From NCBI GenBank assembly GCA_965223795.1, contig CBDCXL010000002.1:64001-128000 (forward strand): DNA of 64,000 nucleotides, given 5' to 3'. The position numbers were made by a program, and so were the translations under genes. Every line of letters starts with the position of its first letter. Position 1 is the first letter of the stretch. Below the pieces are notes generated by a model that was not told where the DNA came from, made no database searches, and saw only the letters and a program-made list of their open reading frames with translations. Of the stretch, positions 52,198 to 62,003 are shown piece after piece. Source of the DNA: Nitrospinales bacterium (GTDB lineage Bacteria; Nitrospinota; Nitrospinia; Nitrospinales; VA-1).

Positions 52198-52348
52198 TTG
52201 AACCGCAAAGACGCAAAGGACGCAAAGAAAAGCAAAAACAGGGGACAGGGTTAACAGGATAAAAACCAGATTGAAAGGAAAACCTGCCTCGCGCAAAGAC
52301 GCCAAGCCCCCCTCACCTCAGTCCTCTCCCCCCTCAGGGGGGAGAGGA
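52165..52348 (+). repeat. Composite REP-like repeat cluster (left)
   Basis: GACGGGAT unit (52165-52193), (CGCAAAG)x3 unit (52201-52231), GGACAGG...CCTCGCGC unit (52243-52294), 12-bp hairpin TCCTCTCCCCCC-TCA-GGGGGGAGAGGA (52322-52348). Confidence 0.75.
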
Positions 52349-52393
52349 AGTTGGCAGCCAATCACTAAATTACAGTAGGTTGCTTGAGGAACC

Positions 52394-52873
52394 TTATATT
52401 TCTTCCTCTTCCTTTGAAATCATCAAGCCAGGTACTTTACGAACTGCGTCCTCATACTCCTCTTTGGCAAGAAGTAAATAGGCATCTTTTTCGTGGGCAA
52501 TGTTTACCAACCAGGGAGACCCGTCTTCTCTAAGCAGACATAAATCTTCCGGAAGTCTGGGTTGCACCCAGTCAAACAAGTTCTTTGAAACGCCGGTTAA
52601 GATTGGCAGGATCTCTGCACATAGCCTATATGAATAAACGCTTGCCGTATGGTCCAAAAGCCTGGTGCCAGGCCATTCTGACTTTTCCTCACGACTGATT
52701 AAAAAATCATTTAACGATTCCAAGAGCCTTTTTCCCTCATCACTCAGTTCGATTGAACCTCGGACCACCAATAGAAACGCATTGCAATAATCCAGAGAAA
52801 GCTCAAGCAGGTTGTAATAATCTTCCTCAGCTGGAGTTTTATCAAAGCAGTATTGACTGCGCTTCATAGTCAC
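52394..52873 (-). CDS. AT-rich hypothetical protein, possibly toxin-immunity-like
   Basis: Intact 159-aa ORF with WPGT and LPEDLCL motifs; composition differs from the host. Function is inference. Confidence 0.6.
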   Translation of the reverse strand: MTMKRSQYCFDKTPAEEDYYNLLELSLDYCNAFLLVVRGSIELSDEGKRLLESLNDFLISREEKSEWPGTRLLDHTASVYSYRLCAEILPILTGVSKNLFDWVQPRLPEDLCLLREDGSPWLVNIAHEKDAYLLLAKEEYEDAVRKVPGLMISKEEEEI

Positions 52874-53337
52874 CCACTATTTAAATCCAGCGGTTTTCTA
52901 AATCGAGATAAAGTCTGTAAATATTTAACTTCTAAAAATATCAGTCCAACTGGAATTATTAGAACTGCTACTAGATTGTATGACCCCAATGAAGACAACA
53001 TTGTAATAAAATGCAACCAAAAAACATGAAAGATGGGACTATATACACTGGTTAAAGCCATCCCAGCAATAGTTGCAACGAGGATATTCATTAATATTCG
53101 ACAGATAGAAATAAATATTTCTAAACGAAATACCCATCTCCCTATATTTCTGCGCCATATATTTACTAAATTAAAAACATTCATGAAAATATATGTGACT
53201 CTACTAGACAGTATTGTTATCAAGGTCAGAAGTGAAAATTCTCTCAAAAAAGAATCATATTTGAAGATTGTAAGAATTATAAAATCTGATACTAACAGGA
53301 TTACGTATATAGCTTTATAGATCAAAACGAAATTCAT
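52870..53337 (-). CDS. Very AT-rich hypothetical membrane protein
   Basis: 155-aa ORF with about 4 hydrophobic segments, overlapping the next start by 4 nt. Confidence 0.5.
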   Translation of the reverse strand: MNFVLIYKAIYVILLVSDFIILTIFKYDSFLREFSLLTLITILSSRVTYIFMNVFNLVNIWRRNIGRWVFRLEIFISICRILMNILVATIAGMALTSVYSPIFHVFWLHFITMLSSLGSYNLVAVLIIPVGLIFLEVKYLQTLSRFRKPLDLNSG

Positions 53338-53400
53338 AAATTGTGAATTCCAATCTTTTGCACAATGAAGCTATTACTAAGGGAGATAAAGGAATCTAAA

Positions 53401-53612
53401 GGGGTCGAGTCTTGACTTGGTAAGTATTTTCCTTTGGCTGTTTTTCTTTGCGTCCTTTGCGCCTTTGCGGTTTGATTGCCTTTGCTTTTCCACACGCCAA
53501 TAAGGCTTTGGCCGAACACAGCTCGACACCCGCTTGTCAAAATACTGGAGGTGGCTCGGCGCGAGGATGGGTTTTTCCCTTCTATCCGCCTTTCATCCTG
53601 TCCATCCTGTCC
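53401..53612 (-). repeat. Composite REP-like repeat cluster (right, inverted)
   Basis: 53442-53472 is the reverse complement of 52201-52231 (30/31 identical); 53559-53612 is an inverted homolog of 52243-52294; GGGGTCGAGTCTTGAC at 53401. Confidence 0.75.
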
Positions 53613-53627
53613 GGTCTTTTCTCGGGA

Positions 53628-55787
53628 TCAACCGGACAGCGCGAATTCGGGGACGGTGGGGAGCTTGCGCCATTTGTTGAAATGGAACATGAGGTCGCCG
53701 CTTTTGACGGGCTGGATCTGTTTGAATTGTTCGCTGCCGTCGGGCTGTTGCTCGACGATGACGATTTTCTTGTCCATGAGGCTGGTGGCCTTGCGCACGA
53801 ACAGGAAGGTGTAGGGCTGGTCGCGCGCGATGATGCGGTGCAGCTTGCGGGCCATTTTTATCTGCTCGTCGCGGTCGTACTCGCGGCGGATGCGGACGAT
53901 GAGGCGGTCCACTTCGGGTTTCTCGTAGCCGACGAAGTTCAGCCGGTTGGGGCCGGTCTGGCTGGAGTGCCAGAGCTGGTACATGTCCGGGTTGGGTCCG
54001 GTGCTCCAGCCTAATATGAGGGCGTCGAACTTGAGGGCGTTGACGAAGTCCTTGAGGAACACCGCCCACTCGAACAACTGGGTGTTGCACTTGACGCCGA
54101 TTTTTTTCCAGCTGTTCTGCACGATGCTGAGAATGTTTTTCCTTACTGGGTTGCCGCTGTTGGTGATGAGGTTGAACTCGAACAGCTTGCCGTCTTTTTC
54201 CAGCCAGCCGTCGGCGTTTTTCTCCCAGCCTTCTTCCTTGAGCAGCCGCACGGCGCCTTCGGGATCGTAGGGGATGGGCTGCACGCTGTGGTCGTACCAG
54301 TCGGTGATCTTGGCGTAGGGCCCGGTGACCCGCTCGCCTTCGCCGTACAGGATGTATTCGATGATCTCCTCGACGTTGACGGCCATGCCCAGGGCGGTGC
54401 GCACCTTGACGGACTGAAACAACGGCTTGCGCAGGTTGTAGCCGATGTAGGAGTAGGTCATGCCGACGGTGGAAAAGCTCTGGTACTTGGGATCGTCGCG
54501 CAGCCGTTCGACCTGGTGCGGCTCGACGCCGTAGCCGTCCACCGCGCCGGAGTAAAACTCCATCTCGCGCACCAGCACGTCCGGGATGATGCGCATGATG
54601 TATTCGTGGTATTCGGGCGGGCCGTCCCAGTAATCCTCATTGCGGGTGAGCACGATCTGCTCGTCGGATTTCCATTCCTTGAAGATATAGGCTCCGGTGC
54701 CGACGGGATTGCGGTTGAAGCGGCTGTCGCGCAGGGTGAAGGTTTCGGGGTCCTCGCCACGTTCTTTGGCTTCCTCTTGCAGCCTGCCCTCGTTGAGAAG
54801 GTGCTCGGGCAGCATCCCCATCGTTGCCCAGGAAAACAGCGCCGGAGAGAACAGGCGCTTGTAGACGATCCGCACCTTGTGGCCGTTCACGATCTCCATG
54901 CTTTTGATCGGTTCGTAGTTCGAGGTCCGCGGCGAGGCATTCTTCGGGTTCATGATGGACTGGTAGGTGAACAGCACATCGCCGGCGTCGAATTCGTGGC
55001 CGTCGTGAAAGCGCACGCCCTTGCGCAGCTCGAACACGATCACGGGGTTGTGCTCTTTGACGGGCAGCAGCGTTTGGTATTTGCCGGCGAGACGCTCCTG
55101 AACCTTGTTATCCTGGGCGCGGATGTACTTGGCGTATGGGAAACTCTTAAAATAGGTTTCGCCCAGCAGTGTTTCGAGCGGCTTGAAAAAATCCTGATCG
55201 ATCTTGTTCAAGGTGAACTTCAGCCGCACGGGCCGTTTGAGCTTGTAGGCAACGTCTTCCATGCGCGGCCGCCCCTTTTCCATTTGCGGCTTGCCGTTGT
55301 CATCGAGAACCGGGAGGGCGATTTTCTCATCGAGCGTTTCACCCTCGACCACCTCCACGGACTTCAGGTTTTGTGTCCAGGCGGCCTCGGAAGCCAGCGC
55401 ATCGCGCAGGAATCGCTTCAGATCGCGGGCATCGGCCAGCGGCGGCACCTCCGGCGGCGCGGATTTCTTTAGATGTTCGAGATCGACGGCCAGGTAGGCT
55501 TCCTCGAACTGGTCCCTTGATATGGCGAGCCGCAGCCTGAAATCGAGGTTTTCGTCCAGATCCATCAGGGTGTCGAACACGCGGCTCTCGATCTCGCTGC
55601 TGGCGGTGTCGGCGCTGAGCACGGGGTTGAGGATCTGGGCGTCGCCGGAGGAGGCGCTCAAGTACTTGAAGAGGCGGTCCGGATTGCCCACGGCCTGCTT
55701 TTCGTAGGTCGGCACCCAAAAGAAGGACTGGGCCAGGATCAGGATCAAAAGCAGGGGCAGATAGATGAGGATCCGTTTGATGGTCAT
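53628..55787 (-). CDS. ABC transporter substrate-binding protein, family 5 (peptide/nickel)
   Basis: LNP, LRKGVRFHDGHEFDAGDVLFT, PVGTGAY, VRTALGMAVN. Confidence 0.9.
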   Translation of the reverse strand: MTIKRILIYLPLLLILILAQSFFWVPTYEKQAVGNPDRLFKYLSASSGDAQILNPVLSADTASSEIESRVFDTLMDLDENLDFRLRLAISRDQFEEAYLAVDLEHLKKSAPPEVPPLADARDLKRFLRDALASEAAWTQNLKSVEVVEGETLDEKIALPVLDDNGKPQMEKGRPRMEDVAYKLKRPVRLKFTLNKIDQDFFKPLETLLGETYFKSFPYAKYIRAQDNKVQERLAGKYQTLLPVKEHNPVIVFELRKGVRFHDGHEFDAGDVLFTYQSIMNPKNASPRTSNYEPIKSMEIVNGHKVRIVYKRLFSPALFSWATMGMLPEHLLNEGRLQEEAKERGEDPETFTLRDSRFNRNPVGTGAYIFKEWKSDEQIVLTRNEDYWDGPPEYHEYIMRIIPDVLVREMEFYSGAVDGYGVEPHQVERLRDDPKYQSFSTVGMTYSYIGYNLRKPLFQSVKVRTALGMAVNVEEIIEYILYGEGERVTGPYAKITDWYDHSVQPIPYDPEGAVRLLKEEGWEKNADGWLEKDGKLFEFNLITNSGNPVRKNILSIVQNSWKKIGVKCNTQLFEWAVFLKDFVNALKFDALILGWSTGPNPDMYQLWHSSQTGPNRLNFVGYEKPEVDRLIVRIRREYDRDEQIKMARKLHRIIARDQPYTFLFVRKATSLMDKKIVIVEQQPDGSEQFKQIQPVKSGDLMFHFNKWRKLPTVPEFALSG

Positions 55788-56108
55788 GGCAGAATCATAT
55801 CAGAAATCCGATGCGGGCCCTTGAATTTATCAACGCCGGTGGGAAACCGGCAACCTTTCTGTAAAATCATAGTTTACCGCATTCAGATTGAAAAAAATAT
55901 TCCGCTCTAAACCGGGGAAAACCGGTAAAAAAAATTTCTTGACTTGACTTAAAATTGTATATATTAGTTTATTACCCTCGCGGCCTAAGATAGGATCGCG
56001 AGGTATTTTTTACGGGGAAACCCCTTATATATTCAACTTTTATTGGAAAGCCCTTATACTGATAAGAAGGTTTTTTATTTCTTTCTTTTTTGCAATCTCA
56101 ATCTTTGA

Positions 56109-56450
<342 letters not shown>

Positions 56451-56700
56451 TAACTCTGCACGGAGGCGGCTTCTCAAGGCCCACGCCGAGGAAGCCGCTG
56501 GTTTCACAAAACCGCGTGTGTGTTTTCAAGTCAGCCTCGTTCCGCACGAGGCCGTTTCTGTCTGCGACAGGCGATTGCTCTTGCGCCCTACCGCCGCCTG
56601 AGAGTCTGATTCTCTTGTAACAGTCCTTGACAACCGGCAGGCAACCGTTATACCTTTACGGAAACTTTTCCTGCGTTTTTCATTCAGCATCCAAAATCAC

Positions 56701-56777
<77 letters not shown>

Positions 56778-56782
56778 AATAA

Positions 56783-56826
56783 AATAAGGGGTTGAGCGGA
56801 AACGCTCAGCCCCTTATTTATTTTTT
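56783..56826 (+). terminator. Hairpin/terminator after the tRNA
   Basis: AATAAGGGGTTGAGCG-GAAA-CGCTCAGCCCCTTATT followed by a T-rich run. Confidence 0.75.
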
Positions 56827-57334
56827 GGCCGGGAAATTACAACCTCTTTACAACTAAAACGCATTCCCGTTACTTCCTGGAACGATATCCTTCTTTCTTC
56901 TTACTTCACCCTGCACCGCTCCCGCATTTTCCCAAGGACGCCCGAATCAGGGTGTGCCTACATCCTGATCAATCTTCCCTTCCCGCGGATCTTCTATTTC
57001 CTTGATTTCAGCCTCAATGGCATTGCGGACCTCTACATACACCGGGTGGGAAAATTTTAAGGCCCTTTTTCTAGCCTTGGGGCCAATAATATTGGGCTCC
57101 ATTTGGTCCCGGATCTCAAACTTCCGGGGATTATGTTTATTTATTTCTTCTTTCATCTCTTGATCCTTTCCGTGTTGGTTTGTTTGAGCCATCCTATCAG
57201 AGAGCAACCTCCGAAACCCGATTAATCCTTCGTATGCGAGGTGTGCGGTGCGGATGTCCAGACCATGGCCCCGAATCGGCGGTGGTGTGATCGGTGTCGG
57301 GTGCGGAGGTTGTTTAGAGCGGGTGAGGAATAAT

Positions 57335-58016
57335 TCAGTTTCTGGTTTTTGGCTCCATCAACTCAGGGCCGTGGTTCCTCGCATTGTTCACCCGCTTGTC
57401 CACTTCCCAGAACTCGATCCCCGCATCCGGGAGCGGCTGCAACATCGTTTGCAGGTCATTGCCGTCGGTCATTGCCGTCGGTCTTGGGGTCCAGCCATTG
57501 TGCGAATAGATCTTCACGCAAATGAACAGGCACGCGGTCGTGGATGGATTGCAGCGTCTGGTTGGCAGCTGTGGTGAGAATGGCGACGGTCTGGATGCCC
57601 GCCGCGTGAGTTTTGGGAGCCCAGCTTGACCAGATCGCCGCGAAGGAAAACAGCCCTTCCTTGGGCTTGATGAAAAACGGAGTCTTTGCCCCGTCCTCCC
57701 GCTTCCATTCGTAAAACCCGGTCGCCGGCACGATACAGCGCCGTTTTTTAAAGCTGTCTCGGAACGTGGGTTTCTCCGCAACGGTCTCCGATCTGGCGTT
57801 GATCATCGGCCGCTTGTCGTCCTTCGCCCAGGACGGCAGCAGCCCCCAACGTAGCAAATGGATTTCCCGCTGGCCGGTTTTCCGCGACAACAGTACGACC
57901 GGGATATCGGCTTGTGGGGCGATGTTGTAATTCGGCTCGAATGGGATGACGTGCTGCGCGTTGTAGAGGTGCTCCAATTCCTTGGCGGAGGCGTCCTGGG
58001 CGAATCGTCCGCACAT
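57335..58016 (-). pseudogene. SOS response-associated peptidase (SRAP/YedK) frameshifted by a 13-bp tandem duplication
   Basis: MCGRF start, YNIAP, RWGL, INARSET, GFYEW, IHDRVP; the C-terminal VDKRVNNARNHGPELMEP lies in another frame after the duplication at 57454-57479. Confidence 0.85.
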
Positions 58017-58018
58017 GA

Positions 58019-59272
58019 TCAGGACACCGTCAGCAGTTCGTCCCACTGCGTCGTGTACCGCGGCGACCGCAACCCGCAGCTCATCTTCCATTCCCGCGAC
58101 ACGCCCTGCGCGCCGAAGAACAGCGTGTCCGGCCCATGGTCGCCGTTGATCCCGTCCACCAGGCGCATCAGCCGGTCGCGCCGCGTATGCTGCGGCTCCA
58201 CAAACAGGTGCTTCTGCTCCACCGACTCGGGGATCAGGTCCAGCAGCATGAGGCCGGTCTTCTTGTATCGGTAGCCCGGCTTGTAAATCTTGTTCAGCCC
58301 GTGCTTCGCCGCTGCAATGACGATGGGGGTGTCGCTGGTCGGCACCGGCATGACGCAGGTGACGCCGTTGTGGTATTGCTGGTCGGCCGGCCTGAACTCG
58401 TTGGTGCGCACAAACACATAAACGGCCTGCGCCCGGCTTTTTTGGCTTCGGAGCTTCTCGCAGGCTCTGGCGGCGTAGTTGGAAAGCGCCTCTTCCAGCG
58501 CCCGCTTTTCCGTCACCAGCTTACCGAACGACTTTGAGGACATGATGTTTTTTCTTGGCTGGATGTCTTCCAGATCGAGGCAGGACTGGCCGCGCAACTC
58601 GCGCAGGATACGCTCCCCCACCACCGAGAGCTGTTTGCGGACGATGGGCGGGTGCGCGTCCCTAAGTTCAGCCGCCGTGTGGACACCCATGCGCGCCAGC
58701 CTATCGGCCCAGCCGGAGGCGATCCCCCATACTTTTTCCACTGCCAGGTGTTTCAGAACTTCTTCGCGGACCCAAGCATCGCGGATGTCGAACACGCCGG
58801 AGCGCCGCTTCGCAAGCCGGTTGGCCACCTTCGCCAGTACCTTGGTCGGCCCGATGCCGATGGACACCGGGATCCCCGTCCACTGCCGGACCTTGCTGCG
58901 GATCATCCCGCAATAGGCTTCCAGGTCTGGCTGGGGCATGTGGTCAAGCCGGAGAAACGCCTCGTCGATGGAATATACTTCCATGTCCGGCACGAAAAGA
59001 CGCAGGCTGTCCATCACGCGCCGCGACATATCGCCATAGAGCTGGTAGTTCGAGGAAAACACCGCGGTGTTGTGTTTCTTGATGAACTTCTCGTGCTCGA
59101 AGTAGGGCACCGCCATGGGGATGTGGAGCGCCTTGGCCTCGCTGGAACGGGCGACGATGCAGCCGTCGTTGTTGGAGAGCACGACGATGGGGCGACCTCT
59201 GAGAGCCGGGTTGAACACGCGCTCGCACGAGGCGTAGAAATTGTTGCAGTCCACCAGGGCGAAGGTTTTCAT
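58019..59272 (-). CDS. umuC: Y-family DNA polymerase V subunit UmuC
   Basis: VDCNNFYASCE, VLSNNDGC, SSNY.LYGDMS, YSIDEAF, SPRYTT.W. Confidence 0.95.
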   Translation of the reverse strand: MKTFALVDCNNFYASCERVFNPALRGRPIVVLSNNDGCIVARSSEAKALHIPMAVPYFEHEKFIKKHNTAVFSSNYQLYGDMSRRVMDSLRLFVPDMEVYSIDEAFLRLDHMPQPDLEAYCGMIRSKVRQWTGIPVSIGIGPTKVLAKVANRLAKRRSGVFDIRDAWVREEVLKHLAVEKVWGIASGWADRLARMGVHTAAELRDAHPPIVRKQLSVVGERILRELRGQSCLDLEDIQPRKNIMSSKSFGKLVTEKRALEEALSNYAARACEKLRSQKSRAQAVYVFVRTNEFRPADQQYHNGVTCVMPVPTSDTPIVIAAAKHGLNKIYKPGYRYKKTGLMLLDLIPESVEQKHLFVEPQHTRRDRLMRLVDGINGDHGPDTLFFGAQGVSREWKMSCGLRSPRYTTQWDELLTVS

Positions 59273-59691
59273 AACAGGTTGTGCAAGCAGTGGGTCACCA
59301 CGCCCCAGATTCGCACCTCCGAGCCTTCCGCAAGCTCGATCGTCGGATGGTTCGGATTCTCTGATTGAAGGGCTGCTTTGCCGTGCATCCGGAACAGCCG
59401 CTTCACCGCCAGTTGCCCGTCCACCTCCGCGATCACGACCCTCCCGTGCACCGGCTCCAGGCTACGGTCCACGATCAGCAGATCGCCGGGGAAGATCCCG
59501 GCCCCGGTCATCGAATCCCCGGAAGCGCGGACGAAATACGTTGCTGTGGGATGCTTGATGAGGTGCTCATTGAGGTTGAGATCCCCTTCCATGTAGTCGT
59601 CCGCCGGGGATGGAAAGCCGGCGGACACATGCGACAACGCCACGGGAACCGCAGCGGCTCTTTGTGCATTGGAGGGCTTCGACATGGGCAC
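59269..59691 (-). CDS. umuD: UmuD (S24 autopeptidase)
   Basis: SAGFPSPA cleavage site, GDSM, VKRL; overlaps the umuC start. Start at 59685 or 59691. Confidence 0.93.
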   Translation of the reverse strand: MPMSKPSNAQRAAAVPVALSHVSAGFPSPADDYMEGDLNLNEHLIKHPTATYFVRASGDSMTGAGIFPGDLLIVDRSLEPVHGRVVIAEVDGQLAVKRLFRMHGKAALQSENPNHPTIELAEGSEVRIWGVVTHCLHNLL

Positions 59692-59779
59692 AGAATACGC
59701 GCCGGGCCAGGGGGAGTCAATGGATTTTCGCTAAATTTTTGCCAAAACATAGGAAGGCTGCATAGCCGCTTTCAGGCAT

Positions 59780-59808
59780 AAAAAAACCGGAGCCTACTGG
59801 CTCCGGCT
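59780..59808 (-). terminator. Intrinsic terminator
   Basis: CCGGAGCC/GGCTCCGG stem plus a T-run on the minus strand. Confidence 0.7.
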
Positions 59809-59831
59809 TCAATCATAATTCTTTAAATACA

Positions 59832-60587
59832 CTACCTCTTCTTTTTTACCCATCCCCGAGTTTTCATACATCCCAAAAAGGCTTTTTTGTAAGGCAGGGT
59901 TTCATGGTTCGAAGCAATAATCCGGCATTCCTCTTTATCCCTACCCAATCTTGTATTTCCTTTCGAGACAGCAGCCCTCGTTGATATTTTCCGAATTTCT
60001 GGTTTTTTCTGAGGATATATTGTTGCAGCTCTAACGGGAGGCTGTACTATTTCAGGCGCTGGGACACTGGACGGTTCTGCCAGTTGCGAGTGTATTGGCT
60101 GTTTTTCCTCAAACGGTTCTGAGCTTTCTCCTAGAGCATCGGCCAATAGCTCTTCGGAAGATCCTTTTTGCGCTTGCGCAGTTGCCGTGGGTTCTACGAT
60201 TTTTTCCGGTTGATTGATTGATGCAACTCGATCTCTTTCATCATACAAAACGGTAAGCTGGTACTTATCGCCAATAAAACCTTCTATTGGCGTCCCAAGT
60301 ATTTCCCATAAGCCAAATGTGAGGATGTCCATTATGGCGTGACCAATGGCCCTGCCCGCGCTTGGCTCATTTCCCGTTTCGTATTCATAGACATCCATCC
60401 TTTTTCCATTTCCCAAGCTGGATGTCTTGATGGGAGGACCAAGTTGCAATTCGATTTGACCACGGCTCGCGCCTTCCTGGACCAGGCCCAGATTCGGCGC
60501 TTTCTTGCCGCTCATGGCCATCCCGACCGAGCATCCACTGCAAACTGTGAGGAAATAAGCGAATACTAAAACGTGGATGGTTCTCAT
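59832..60587 (-). CDS. Hypothetical lipoprotein (SmpA/OsmE-like N-terminal domain)
   Basis: GGAGG RBS, lipobox-like CSGC, GASRGQIELQLGPP, LTFGLWE. Confidence 0.7.
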   Translation of the reverse strand: MRTIHVLVFAYFLTVCSGCSVGMAMSGKKAPNLGLVQEGASRGQIELQLGPPIKTSSLGNGKRMDVYEYETGNEPSAGRAIGHAIMDILTFGLWEILGTPIEGFIGDKYQLTVLYDERDRVASINQPEKIVEPTATAQAQKGSSEELLADALGESSEPFEEKQPIHSQLAEPSSVPAPEIVQPPVRAATIYPQKKPEIRKISTRAAVSKGNTRLGRDKEECRIIASNHETLPYKKAFLGCMKTRGWVKKKR

Positions 60588-60679
60588 GTGGACCTCCGGC
60601 GTTATTTTTAAGGAGGGAGGGGGGAGGAGCAATATCGGCTATCCTATACCATAGTTCGGATAAGCGAATCAATGAAAAT

Positions 60680-61396
60680 TTAGGCGAGATTGTTGAATTG
60701 GAAATCGACAGTGTAATAAGGGGGAGGTCTATCTTTATTTCCACTTATCCGTTGAATAATTTCTTCCGCCCTTTCGCCATCAATTTTCTTTTTCATTTCC
60801 AACTCTTTTGCCAATGCTTCAACAGCCGGCCAAATTCCAGGCTTCTTAAAAATTGCCCTAACTCTTTTCGTCGCCACCAGAATAAAATCCGATATATCTT
60901 CCTCACAATATGAAAATTCAGAAGCCATCAAAAGGGCATTATCGTAATCCGTTGCGCCAGGGCAACTCAGATTTCTATTTTGTTCTTTATTTATTCTTTC
61001 AATAATCTTCCTCTCGTCAGCTGATGAATAATAAACCTTATCTAATCCACAATGCCTGTATTTTGCCTCTGCAATTGGACCTGCTAATTGGGTAATCAAT
61101 TCGACTTCCATATTAAATTTTTTTCTGTTTTTCTGTAGTGCAATATCCTCCATACTCATATTTATAAATCGCACATCGTCTATATGCACACCAGTAAAAA
61201 TATAGATTCCTGACGCCTCAACAGTTCCTATCACCCACCGCTCTCTTCCAAGCTGATCTACATAGGGCCCCTTTTCATATTCCTCATCCGTTCTTACGAT
61301 AATTTCATAAAATATATGGCCTACATACCACATGGCAACAGCGTGTCCTGCTTCATGGTAAGCAAGGGCTTTCGATATTTTATTTTTTCGGCGCAT
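60680..61396 (-). CDS. Stand-alone M41 (FtsH)-like zinc peptidase domain protein
   Basis: AYHEAGHAVA, LAGPIAE, GATDY..A, W.AVEALA..L; no AAA domain. Start 61396 preferred because a terminator-like hairpin lies at 61413-61430. Confidence 0.65.
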   Translation of the reverse strand: MRRKNKISKALAYHEAGHAVAMWYVGHIFYEIIVRTDEEYEKGPYVDQLGRERWVIGTVEASGIYIFTGVHIDDVRFINMSMEDIALQKNRKKFNMEVELITQLAGPIAEAKYRHCGLDKVYYSSADERKIIERINKEQNRNLSCPGATDYDNALLMASEFSYCEEDISDFILVATKRVRAIFKKPGIWPAVEALAKELEMKKKIDGERAEEIIQRISGNKDRPPPYYTVDFQFNNLA

Positions 61397-61448
61397 TTTT
61401 CTTGAGAAGAAAGGAGCCCCGAAGGGCTCCCGAAATGGGTTGCCTTTA

Positions 61449-61796
61449 TTAATCATTCAACAACTTTTTCCAAATTTCTTCCGGATTATTTAGCAGCTTT
61501 TTAAAGTCCCTCATTTCATTATTGTTTCTGCCTCTTTTCCTAGCCTTTTTATTTGTAGAGTTGATTTGTTTTATTTCACCTTCCTTTTTAATTCCTGCCA
61601 TTTCCGATTCTAATGTTTTAACTCGCTTAAATATTTCAACAATATCATTTAATCGACAAACATCCGTCTCTAAACTCCTATTGAATAACTTGTGAACATA
61701 AATAATGTCCTTACTCAACTTGTCAAATAAATCTAAATTTACTTTTTCCATTTTTGCGATCTTTTCTGATAATTCTTTATTCGTCAACCTAGCCAT
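61449..61796 (-). CDS. AT-rich hypothetical coiled-coil protein
   Basis: GGAGG RBS; lies directly downstream of the C4-like RNA. Confidence 0.6.
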   Translation of the reverse strand: MARLTNKELSEKIAKMEKVNLDLFDKLSKDIIYVHKLFNRSLETDVCRLNDIVEIFKRVKTLESEMAGIKKEGEIKQINSTNKKARKRGRNNNEMRDFKKLLNNPEEIWKKLLND

Positions 61797-61815
61797 GGCA
61801 CCCTCCAAATAAAAA

Positions 61816-61881
61816 GGCCCGAGCGTTGTCTACGGGCACAAAGCACCGCCCCGGGCCTCACGGCTTCGGGACACTCGGACC
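61816..61881 (-). ncRNA. C4/CI-like phage antisense immunity RNA
   Basis: 11-bp closing stem GGTCCGAGTGT/ACGCTCGGGCC, GCC-GTGA-GGC hairpin, and segments CTTTGTG and TAGAC complementary to upstream CACAAAG and GTCTA on the same strand. Confidence 0.65.
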
Positions 61882-61963
61882 AATTTACAGTTTGGATTTC
61901 AGGCATAAAAAATCCCCAATTGAGGGCTGGGGGGAAGACCCCTTTGTGACTTTAGACGATTAC

Positions 61964-61992
61964 ACTTTATGCCCGATTGGGGAGATTGTCAA
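61964..61992 (-). promoter_or_regulatory. Sigma70 promoter driving the C4-like leader
   Basis: TTGACA-N17-TAAAGT. Confidence 0.7.
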
Positions 61993-62003
61993 GATTCTAC
62001 ATT

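Noticed and set aside
52165..53612. Integron attC cassettes or an IS element
   Set aside because: No attC RYYYAAC...GTTRRRY structure was identified around the ORFs, and no integrase, transposase or clear target-site duplication is present.
56947..57207. 86-aa minus-strand ORF next to the tRNA
   Set aside because: No recognisable motif or convincing RBS; it may be a gene remnant, so it was not called.
59690..59780. LexA box upstream of umuD
   Set aside because: No recognisable CTGT-N8-ACAG, GAAC-N4-GTTC or GTTC-N7-GTTC site, and the host LexA motif is not known to me.
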